From an uncultured Haloferula sp. (GTDB lineage: Bacteria; Verrucomicrobiota; Verrucomicrobiia; Verrucomicrobiales; Akkermansiaceae): a stretch of DNA of 64,000 nucleotides. Below are positions 31,291-39,544 of this stretch, in pieces (within the stretch, counting starts at the first letter, position 1; each line of letters opens with the position of its first letter). Both the position numbers and the translations under genes were made by a program. The notes beneath the pieces are model-generated. The model saw nothing but the letters and a program-made list of their open reading frames with translations. It had not been told where the DNA came from and did not search any database. The stretch spans positions 32,001-96,000 of the forward strand of contig CBFGTS010000015.1 in assembly GCA_965652295.1 (NCBI GenBank), in the 5' to 3' direction.

Positions 31291-31799
31291 TGACCCAGGA
31301 ATTTTTGCAGGATCGGCAGCACCATGCGGCCCCGCCGGATCCAGTTCTCCAAGCGTTCGATCCTCTCATCGAAGAACTCCCGCTCCGTTGGATCCACCTC
31401 TCTTGTCACCGCCTCCTGAAGCGCGGAAATCTTCGTCTGCCCGCTCTCCAGATGAGGCCGGACCTGCTCGCGGATGAATCCGCCCACCAGAGGCTTCAAC
31501 TCCGCCGCCGCCTCGAAATACGTTCTCCGCACGCCCACCACCTCAAGCTCGCGCACCGCTCCGAGGCTCTTCAACGTCCGCAGCCCCTGGCTCGCGGAAC
31601 CCTTGCTGATCCGGAGCCGCTCCACCAGATCATCCAGGGAAAGCGGCTCACGGCTTATGAAAAGCAGGCCGTAAATCTCACCCACGGACCCCGGCAAACC
31701 CAGGACCCGCACGCCATCGACGAAAATATCGATCGCCCGCCGCTCGACATCCGTCAGCACCGTCCCTGTCTCCTCGCGTTTTTCCTCGGGCACGTTCAC
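31287..31799 (-). CDS. GbsR/MarR family transcriptional regulator
   Basis: GEIYGLLFIS.EPLSLDDL...L.ISKGSASQGLR.L. Confidence 0.88.
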   Translation of the reverse strand: MNVPEEKREETGTVLTDVERRAIDIFVDGVRVLGLPGSVGEIYGLLFISREPLSLDDLVERLRISKGSASQGLRTLKSLGAVRELEVVGVRRTYFEAAAELKPLVGGFIREQVRPHLESGQTKISALQEAVTREVDPTEREFFDERIERLENWIRRGRMVLPILQKFLGQ

Positions 31800-31820
31800 C
31801 CGATACCCGCCCGATGATCT

Positions 31821-31842
31821 TTGTTCAAATCAAATTGAACTT
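31821..31842. promoter_or_regulatory. Second operator candidate upstream of the regulator
   Basis: TTGTTCA-AATCAAAT-TGAACTT. Confidence 0.6.
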
Positions 31843-31877
31843 TCGGACCCGCCGTCCTTCTTCCACCGGGGCTCTTA

Positions 31878-31936
31878 TTGGAACGCGAGCTTCAGCTCGC
31901 CCGGCGGAACCATGCGGGCTGAAGCCCGCGTTCCAA
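31878..31936. repeat. REP-like inverted pair
   Basis: TTGGAACGCGAGCTTCAGCTCGC ... GCGGGCTGAAGCCCGCGTTCCAA. Confidence 0.7.
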
Positions 31937-32077
31937 CAACCCGGACACCACCCCACCCTGTGGATCGAATCCATCATGTTCCCGCCTCTCTAACGCGTCC
32001 TGCTTCCGCCTCACCGCGACCTTGCTTTGCACGGGCGTTCCTGTCATTCTCGCCGATGGGCAAAAGCCCCTCCTGCC

Positions 32078-32395
32078 ATGAACGAGATCCTCCAAGCCTG
32101 GCGGTCCGTCGATCGCAACAAACTCGCGCTGGCCTTGAGCATCGTCCCCGGTGCCGGCCACCTCTACAAACACCACTACGCCGCCGGCATCGGCATCCTG
32201 ATCGGTGGCAACCTGCTCGCCCTCTTCGTGGCGCTCCTCCTGGGCCTCGCCACCTTCGGCGTTTCGCTGGTCGTCGTGCCGCTCGCCTACGTCACCGTGG
32301 TGGCCGTCTCGGCCTACTACGCGCCCGACTGGCACTGGCACCACACCTACCTGCATCCCTGGCACCCCGCACCGCCGGACGAGTCCTCGGGCTAA
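32078..32395 (+). CDS. Small membrane protein
   Basis: LSIVPGAGHLY motif followed by TM helices. Confidence 0.75.
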   Translation: MNEILQAWRSVDRNKLALALSIVPGAGHLYKHHYAAGIGILIGGNLLALFVALLLGLATFGVSLVVVPLAYVTVVAVSAYYAPDWHWHHTYLHPWHPAPPDESSG

Positions 32396-32616
32396 GAGAC
32401 TGTTGAAAAACCCCGCACGGTCCCGCCGCCTGGATTTTTGGTAGGGTATAATGCGCTTCGCGGAGCTGGGATGATCGGCAGCCCTGACGGGCAGGACCCC
32501 TTGAAGATGCTGACTGCGTTGCTTGTCGGTCAAGGATCCCGATCCACTCCCTCCGCGCGCCTTGCCAGCATCTTCAAGGAGCCCTGCGGGATCATCCGGG
32601 GTTTTTCAACAGCCTC
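32396..32616. mobile_element. MITE with IS5/IS1182-like terminal inverted repeats
   Basis: 19-bp TIRs GAGACTGTTGAAAAACCCC / GGGGTTTTTCAACAGCCTC (1 mismatch); no transposase. Confidence 0.75.
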
Positions 32617-33117
32617 TTAAAGCGGCAGATCCCCGCCTTCCAAATCCCCGCCTTCCTCGAAGTCCACCTCCCGCACCCGCTTGCGGTCGCGCCAGTATTC
32701 CACCTGCTTGCGCAGCGTCTCGCGGAGATCGATCCCATCCGCCACGGCCTCGATCGTCACCCGCGGATGCGAGCGATCGGAGGTGTCCAGATGCAGGTTC
32801 GAAAGCCCGAACATCCGGATCCAGAACGGTCGCTCCATCGTCGTGTCCTTGACCCGGTAGAGCTCCACTTCATCGATGCTCTGGTTGAACACGCCGTCGT
32901 ATAGCCGCAAGCGTTCGGTGGTCAGCTCATACACCCGGCAGCGCACCTTGAGGTAATTCCACAGCATCCAGAGGAGAGGCAGCGGCAGGGCGAACCATGC
33001 CGGCGGAAAAAACACGCCGCCCGCACCAATCGCGCCCGCCACCCCGAGGGCCACAAGGTGCGGCCCGAGATTGAGGACCTGCGAGGGCGAACCTTTCCAT
33101 AAAATCTCCTCATTCAT
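32617..33117 (-). CDS. Bacterial PH-domain membrane protein
   Basis: YELTTERLR...GVF....EVELYRVKD......RMFGL. Confidence 0.8.
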   Translation of the reverse strand: MNEEILWKGSPSQVLNLGPHLVALGVAGAIGAGGVFFPPAWFALPLPLLWMLWNYLKVRCRVYELTTERLRLYDGVFNQSIDEVELYRVKDTTMERPFWIRMFGLSNLHLDTSDRSHPRVTIEAVADGIDLRETLRKQVEYWRDRKRVREVDFEEGGDLEGGDLPL

Positions 33118-33260
33118 GAGGTAGAGGATGTCGGAGCCGCCCCGCCTCCGCCAGTGGAGAATTGCGCCATCGTTGGAATGGCTACCCCGGCGGACAACGC
33201 CTTGGCCGCAGGGCGATCCAGCTCGGGAGAATGATGGGCACCCGCTCTTCCGATTTCCCC

Positions 33261-33479
33261 CAGATGAACGCGGATGCAGGCATCCAGGTTTCCAAGTTGC
33301 CTTTTTCAATCATCGAGAGACAGAGTTTACGGAGATCACGGAGAAAGGCAGAAATGGGAGGTTTCCCGGCTCCGTGGCCTCCGTTCCCAAAAGAATGCCT
33401 GTCCTACCAAACCGCCTCGAAGCCTTCGGACGACGACCGCTGAAGGAACCCTACGGCGTTCATCCCTGCATCTGCGGTT
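33261..33479. repeat. Nested inverted repeats with roughly 9-nt periodicity
   Basis: Outer CAGATGAACGCGGATGCAGG / GCGTTCATCCCTGCATCTGCGG; inner ACGGAGATCACGGAG / CTCCGTGGCCTCCGT. Confidence 0.6.
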
Positions 33480-33522
33480 CTCTTCCTCCCTAGCTTGATC
33501 GACCTACCTCCGGCCAGAAGGA

Positions 33523-34887
33523 TCAAACCTTCCTCAACGACTCCGTGGAATCGCCGAAGCGCCGTTGTTTCACTCCCAGTTCGTCGAGCATGCGCAGGTA
33601 GAGATTGGAAATCGGAACGTTCCCACCGAGATCCACATGGCGGCCGGGTTTGAAGGCACCGCCGCCGTGGCCCGCCACCACGATCGGCAGGTCGTCGTGG
33701 TTGTGCCGGTCGCCATCGGAAATGCAGCCGCCGTAAACGATCATCGAGTTGTGCAGCAGGCTCTGGCCGTCGATGTCCTCGGTGTTCTTGAGTCGATCCA
33801 GGAAGTACGCGAGCTGCCGCATGTAGAAGTGATCGATCTTGGCGATCTTTTTCAAGTTGTCGCGATTTCCCTGATGGTGGGAGATGTTGTGGTGGCCGTC
33901 CGACACCCCGATTTCCTTGAAGCTGCGGTTGCTGCCATCGTGCGCCATCAGGAAGGTCGAGATGCGGGTGGAGTCGGTTTTGAAAGCCAGCACCATCATG
34001 TCGAACATGAGCCGCAGGTGCTCCTCGTAGGTGCCGGGGACGTCGGGCGCGGGCACGCCGGGGTCCGGCGGTAGACCCATGGCCTCGGTTTTCTCGATCT
34101 GCTTCTCGATCTCGCGGACGCCCGTGAGGTATTCGTCGAGCTTCTGTTGGTCGCTGCGGCCCAGGTGACGATGCAGGGATTTGGCGTCGTGCGAGATGAA
34201 ATCGAGCATCGATTTCTTGGTGGCGTAGCGGCGGCCGAGGCTGTCGGCGCGTTCCTTGGCATCGCCCGCGCCGAAGAGGCGCTCGAACACCGCACGTGGG
34301 CTCGACTCAGGTGTCATCGGCTGGTTCTCCGACCGCCACGAGAGATTGAATTGATACGCGCAGGAGTAGCCGGAGTCGCAGGAACCGGACTTGCGGACGC
34401 CATCGGCGGAAAGCTCGAGCGAGGGAAGCCTCGTCTGGGCACCGATCGCGTTGGCGGCGACCTGATCGATGGAGATGCCGAGGTCGATATCCGAGCCGGC
34501 GGTCTTGCGGGCGCGGGTACTGGTCAGGAAAGTGGCCACACCCCGGGCATGGTCGCCGGGACCGTCTCCATCCGCCGCTGCGGCCTTTTGCTCGAAACCG
34601 GTGTAGATCTGGAAGTCCTCGCGCAGCGCTTCCATCGGCGCAAAGGTCGGCCCCATCTTGTAGCTGGAGGTGGTGCCTTTGGGCCGCCAGCGTTCCACGT
34701 TCACGCCGTTCGGAATGTAAAGATAGGCCATGCGCAGGGGGGCGCCGCTGGCGGTCGTGGCGAGCGCCCGGCCCGCAGTCTCCGCCGCCATCAGCGGACG
34801 GAAGCATTCGAGCGCGGGCAGACTCACGGCCGCGCCGAGGCCCCGCAGAAATCCGCGGCGGCTGGTGTTTCCTGGATGAATGCTCAT
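33523..34887 (-). CDS. DUF1552 family protein (Tat-like signal)
   Basis: SRRGFLRGLG..LP.LE; YIPNG; CDSGYSCAY; P..VFERLFG; HNISHH. Confidence 0.88.
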   Translation of the reverse strand: MSIHPGNTSRRGFLRGLGAAVSLPALECFRPLMAAETAGRALATTASGAPLRMAYLYIPNGVNVERWRPKGTTSSYKMGPTFAPMEALREDFQIYTGFEQKAAAADGDGPGDHARGVATFLTSTRARKTAGSDIDLGISIDQVAANAIGAQTRLPSLELSADGVRKSGSCDSGYSCAYQFNLSWRSENQPMTPESSPRAVFERLFGAGDAKERADSLGRRYATKKSMLDFISHDAKSLHRHLGRSDQQKLDEYLTGVREIEKQIEKTEAMGLPPDPGVPAPDVPGTYEEHLRLMFDMMVLAFKTDSTRISTFLMAHDGSNRSFKEIGVSDGHHNISHHQGNRDNLKKIAKIDHFYMRQLAYFLDRLKNTEDIDGQSLLHNSMIVYGGCISDGDRHNHDDLPIVVAGHGGGAFKPGRHVDLGGNVPISNLYLRMLDELGVKQRRFGDSTESLRKV

Positions 34888-34919
34888 GGGTGGATCAGGT
34901 TGGGAATTTCAGGGGAGGC

Positions 34920-37253
34920 TCAATCGTCGCCCCGCCGCTTCTGGAACGGGGCGCTTTCGACAATACCGTAGATCAACTCGCGGAGCTTGCCGTCGTTCTT
35001 CTCGAGGCGCTCGACGAGCTGGTCGATGGTGGTGGCGTCGTAATATTCGACTCCGCGACCGATGGCGTAGGTGAGGAGTTTTTCGGAAAGGCAGCGGTAG
35101 AAATCCTCACGGCGGTCGGTGGCGAGAATCTTCTTCAGCCCGGCCACATTGACGAACTTCTCGCCGGTGAGCAGCTCGCCGCTGGCGTCGATGCGTTTGC
35201 CGTGGTCCTTCGCCCGGAACTGCCCGAGGGCATTGAAATGCTCCAGCGCCAGGCCGATGGGATCCATCCGTGCGTGGCAGCCGCGGCAGTCGGGGTTCTT
35301 GCGGTGGATCTCCATCATCTCCCGCATGGTGGGCTCGCCGTTGGTGCCCGTTCCGGCAGCGTCTTCGAGCGGTGGCACGTCCGCCGGCGCGGGCGGGGCC
35401 GGGGTGCCGAGGAGGTTGTCGAGGACGAACAGACCGCGCTTCACCGGCGAAGTGCGGGTGGGATTGGACGTCACCATGAGCACGCTGCCGTGGGTCAGCA
35501 CCCCGCCCCGCTCGGGGTGCTGAGTCAGATCCACGGGCTGGAACTCCTCTCCCTTGACCCCCTCGATTCCATAAAACCCCGCCAGCCTTTCATTGAGAAA
35601 TCCGTAGCGGGCGGAGATCAGCTCCTCGGCCGGGCGGCCTTCGCGGAGGATGAACTCGAAGAGCAACTCGGTTTCCCGCCGCATGTCGTCGCGCAGGCGG
35701 ACGTCGAACACACGCGCCGCCTCGCGGTTGCTTTCAAGATCGAGGATGTCCCTCGCACTGACCGGGACCGAAGCCACATCACGGATCTGCAGCCACTGGC
35801 CGACGAAGTTTTCCGTCAGCCGCTTGGCCCGCGGGTCGGCCAGCATGCGGTCGATCTGCGCGTAAAGGTTCTCCCGCAGCTTGGTATTGAACGCGAGGCT
35901 CAGCAATTCGTCATCCGGCACCGATCCCCAGAGGAAAAACGACATCCGCGCTGCCAACGCGTATTCGTCGAGCGGCACGATCTTGTCGGGATTGTTCGGC
36001 TCCGGCTGGATCTCGACGCGGAAGAGAAATCGCGGCGACGCCAGGCAGGTCGCGATCGCCTGCTTGATGCCGTCCTGGAAGTCCTTGCCGGGCTGGCGAT
36101 CCACCTCGTCCACCATTTCGACCAAGCGGTCGATGGTCGAGTTGTCGAGCGGACGGCGGAAGGCGCGGCTGACGAAGCTGCGCATGATCTTGCGGGCATA
36201 GCGCTCACGAGCGGCATCGTTTTCAGGTGGCTCGCCATCGACGAAGATCATCCGGTAACCCTTGGCATACTCCCTCTGCTCGCCGCCCAGCGGGCCCTGG
36301 ACGATGACCCGCTGGAGCGTCAGGAAGAGCTCCTCCTCACCCGCCGCGGCCTCGCGGCCGGGTTTCAGGTGGATTTCGAAATCCTGACCGCCCTTTTTCA
36401 GCGCGGCCTTGCCGGTCAACTGGATCGTCCGCCGCTGGTCCCAGCCGAGGGAAACCTCATCCACCGTGGAACCGCCGACTTTCACATCCATCAGGGCCTC
36501 ATGGATGGTCGCCTCGGTCGCACCCCGGATGGCATACTCCACGGTGATCTGGTATTCCCCATCCCACCTGATGTCCTGTTTGGCCACCACCCGGTTCTCT
36601 TCGGCGAAAGGCAGCCAGCGGCCGGTGGTGAGCGGCGCACCGGGTGCCTTGAAGGCCGCACCATCGATATCGACCCGCGGCACCTGGGCGGCGGCACCTT
36701 CCGGCAGCGCCAGGGCCACCACCTCGTCGGCCGCGGCGATGTATTTCTCCATCAACAGCGGCGAGATGGAAAGCACGTCGCCGATGTTGTCGAAGCCGTA
36801 GCCGGTGTCGTCGGGCGGGAACGCCTCGGTGGTGTCGTACTCCACACCTAGTAGATCGAAGACGGCGTTGCGATACTCCGAGCGGTTGAGGCGGCGGATG
36901 GTGACCCGGCCAGGGTCGGGGTTCTCCGGATCGAGCTTGAACACCTGCTGCTCGATCCACGCCTGGAGCTGGCGTTTCTCCGCAGGCTCGAGCTGGTCTT
37001 CGTCGGAGGGAGGCATGATCTGGCTGCGCACGTTGCGCCAGATCGCCAGCCAGTGTTCACGGTCGTCGAGATGGCTGGCAAGGTCGCCGAACTCGTCCAT
37101 CGAGAACTTCCCTTTCGAAGCGCCGTCGCCGTGACAATCGAAGCAGTAGTTTTCGAGCAGCGGCACGATTTTCGACTCATAGCTCTCCTCCGGACCCGCA
37201 TCGGCGGCAGCGCCGGAGAAGGCCAAAAGAACGGTGAGCTTGCGGAGGAACAT
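34920..37253 (-). CDS. DUF1592/1588/1587/1595/1585 protein with planctomycete-type cytochrome c domain
   Basis: CFDCH, RRLNRSEY.N, GFDN, TSPVKRG, CRGCH..MDPIG. Confidence 0.88.
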   Translation of the reverse strand: MFLRKLTVLLAFSGAAADAGPEESYESKIVPLLENYCFDCHGDGASKGKFSMDEFGDLASHLDDREHWLAIWRNVRSQIMPPSDEDQLEPAEKRQLQAWIEQQVFKLDPENPDPGRVTIRRLNRSEYRNAVFDLLGVEYDTTEAFPPDDTGYGFDNIGDVLSISPLLMEKYIAAADEVVALALPEGAAAQVPRVDIDGAAFKAPGAPLTTGRWLPFAEENRVVAKQDIRWDGEYQITVEYAIRGATEATIHEALMDVKVGGSTVDEVSLGWDQRRTIQLTGKAALKKGGQDFEIHLKPGREAAAGEEELFLTLQRVIVQGPLGGEQREYAKGYRMIFVDGEPPENDAARERYARKIMRSFVSRAFRRPLDNSTIDRLVEMVDEVDRQPGKDFQDGIKQAIATCLASPRFLFRVEIQPEPNNPDKIVPLDEYALAARMSFFLWGSVPDDELLSLAFNTKLRENLYAQIDRMLADPRAKRLTENFVGQWLQIRDVASVPVSARDILDLESNREAARVFDVRLRDDMRRETELLFEFILREGRPAEELISARYGFLNERLAGFYGIEGVKGEEFQPVDLTQHPERGGVLTHGSVLMVTSNPTRTSPVKRGLFVLDNLLGTPAPPAPADVPPLEDAAGTGTNGEPTMREMMEIHRKNPDCRGCHARMDPIGLALEHFNALGQFRAKDHGKRIDASGELLTGEKFVNVAGLKKILATDRREDFYRCLSEKLLTYAIGRGVEYYDATTIDQLVERLEKNDGKLRELIYGIVESAPFQKRRGDD

Positions 37254-37261
37254 GGTGGATT

Positions 37262-38233
37262 TCAGGGAGCTGGCCTCTCGGCCGCAGCGATTTCGGGATA
37301 ACCCTGCCACAGCCATTCGAGCGCGCCGGGGAGGGTCTGACGGGTGACGCGGCCATCGACATGGCCGGACTTTTTGGAGAAGACGAAACGGTAGGCGTAT
37401 TCCTTTTTTTTCAGCTCTTCTGCCATCAGGCGGTTGGCCCGAACCCAGTTGTGGTAGGAGGAATCGTCGCGATCGTGGCCGTTGTCCTGCTCGCTGACGT
37501 GCAACCAGATCCGGAGCGGCTTGCGTTTCGCCCGCGGAATCAGGTTTTCATGATACTCCCAGGCACCGTGGGGCGTGCGACGGCTTTCGGGCCACTGCTG
37601 GTTGCAGTAGGTGCCGGAGTAGCTGAGAACGCGGCGGTAGAGATCCGGGCAGTACCACGCCATGGTGAAGGCCGCCGCCGCGCCGGAGCTGCCACCCATG
37701 GTCGCCCGCGCTTCCGGGTCGGTGGTCAGCCTGAGATCGCACTCCTCCTCCACGCGAGGCAGGACCTCCTTTTCCACGAACGTGGCGTAATCGTCGGAAA
37801 GCGTGTCGTATTCCAGGCCGCGCTGGCTGCCCTGGGCGTCGCCGCCGCCGGAGTCGATCATGATCGCCACCATCGCCGGCACGCGTTCCTCGTGGATGAG
37901 GGTGTTCAGGGATCTCGGCAGGACATCGTGGTACCACGAGCCGTCCTGGGCGATGATGAAGGGTGCCGGTTTCCTGCGGTCGAGCTGCTGCGGGATGTAA
38001 ACGGCGACCTTCCGCTCGTAGGGCACCCTGCCCCGCTGGCCCTTGGCGATGCCTTTGTAGATCCGGCTGTCCTTCGACTTCATCACGAAGTGCCGGATCT
38101 CGCCCTGCGGCACCCCGTCGCGGACCTGCAGCTCCGGAGCGTCCTGATAATCCGGGCCGATGACGATGTCCTCCGCGACCACGGCGGAAACAAGAGCGAC
38201 GAGGGCAAGGAAAGAGAGGAGGGAGGCCTGCAT
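37262..38233 (-). CDS. Secreted alpha/beta hydrolase (enterochelin esterase-like)
   Basis: Signal peptide, R..EYD, GGSSGA nucleophile elbow. Confidence 0.82.
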   Translation of the reverse strand: MQASLLSFLALVALVSAVVAEDIVIGPDYQDAPELQVRDGVPQGEIRHFVMKSKDSRIYKGIAKGQRGRVPYERKVAVYIPQQLDRRKPAPFIIAQDGSWYHDVLPRSLNTLIHEERVPAMVAIMIDSGGGDAQGSQRGLEYDTLSDDYATFVEKEVLPRVEEECDLRLTTDPEARATMGGSSGAAAAFTMAWYCPDLYRRVLSYSGTYCNQQWPESRRTPHGAWEYHENLIPRAKRKPLRIWLHVSEQDNGHDRDDSSYHNWVRANRLMAEELKKKEYAYRFVFSKKSGHVDGRVTRQTLPGALEWLWQGYPEIAAAERPAP

Positions 38234-38440
38234 GTTCCCGGAACCCCACCCGACCGGTCAGGTTCCGTCAATTTCGTTCACCCCGCGCTTTCTCCTGCCA
38301 GGTGACGTGTGGGCGGGGTTCCCTTGGCCGGCCTTCCACCGCTCCGTCAACGCACAAGACGAGCCCCCGGAATTGACGGCAGCGAAACTTCACGTTCGGT
38401 GAACTTTCCGCCTGCTCTATCCGGGTGTAAGCTGGGAGCT

Positions 38441-39502
38441 ATGAAGTTTCTGGCGACTCTCCTTCTGGTCTCACCCCTTCATGCCGATTGGTTCTATCAC
38501 CGGGTCCTTCCCTCCAACTCCAGCTCGAATTGGTCCCGGCTGACCCGCCATCTGACCGAAGAACCGGCTCAACGTGTTTTCATCCACCCGCGGACCCTAC
38601 CAGGCGGTCCGGACCACCCCGACCGCAACCTCGGCGTGTTCTTCACTTCCGGATCGTGGGCCGTTTTCTACGAAAACCAGGCATCGGCTCCCCCCAGTCC
38701 GCTTGAATTCTCGGTTTTCACGCCAGCTGCCGGGGACACGATGTTCCTCCACACCCATCACTCGGGAGCCCAGCCCACTTTCAAACGCTCCTACATCGAT
38801 CATCCGTCTCTCAATGGCAGTCCCGACGTGTTGTTGTTCCTTACTCACAACTGGACGGCCGGTGGCGGCACCTACAACAACCAATTCTCACCCGTCACCT
38901 ACGACCCTTCGTCGTCGAAGTGGTTCATCCACGGATATATCCCGAGCGACGAGTTCACCGACGTGCCCGACGGAGCCACATGGAATGTGCTCGTAGTGCC
39001 GGCGGTCGATGAGACCACCTTCCGCCACACCGCAACGACCGGCAACACTACCGGCCCATCGACCACCCTCGACCATCCACATCTGAATGGAAATCCATCG
39101 GCACTGGTTCTGGTCACCAACCAATGGCCAACCGACTTCGTCGGTGCGACCTTCAGCATGATGCAGCCGACCTACGATGACTCCCTCGGCCGGTGGAAGC
39201 TGACGACGACGAGAAATGTCAGCATCCAGACCGGGTCGGTCTTTCACATTAAAGTCAGCCCGGCACCCGTGACGCCGGAGCCGACAATCTCAATTTCCTA
39301 CTCCAGCCCCACGGCCACCTTGAAGTTGCCCACCGAGTTTGGATACACCTATCAACTGAAAACCTCCCCCGACCTCGGGACCTTCAACCCCGAAGGGCTT
39401 CCATTCAACGGCAACGGGACCATCCGGTCCTACCCGACGTCCGTGGTTCTACCGGAGAATTTCTATCAGCTCCACCGCACGCTCGGCGAAGTCCAGCCCT
39501 GA
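38441..39502 (+). CDS. Secreted repeat protein with C-terminal Verrucomicrobia-type tail
   Basis: Signal peptide; repeated DHP.LNG.P...L..T.NW; tail YQLKTSPDL...FYQL. Confidence 0.75.
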   Translation: MKFLATLLLVSPLHADWFYHRVLPSNSSSNWSRLTRHLTEEPAQRVFIHPRTLPGGPDHPDRNLGVFFTSGSWAVFYENQASAPPSPLEFSVFTPAAGDTMFLHTHHSGAQPTFKRSYIDHPSLNGSPDVLLFLTHNWTAGGGTYNNQFSPVTYDPSSSKWFIHGYIPSDEFTDVPDGATWNVLVVPAVDETTFRHTATTGNTTGPSTTLDHPHLNGNPSALVLVTNQWPTDFVGATFSMMQPTYDDSLGRWKLTTTRNVSIQTGSVFHIKVSPAPVTPEPTISISYSSPTATLKLPTEFGYTYQLKTSPDLGTFNPEGLPFNGNGTIRSYPTSVVLPENFYQLHRTLGEVQP

Positions 39503-39544
39503 CTCTGCTTTCTTGGGGCGGAGTGTCCATGATCCCGCTCCTAC

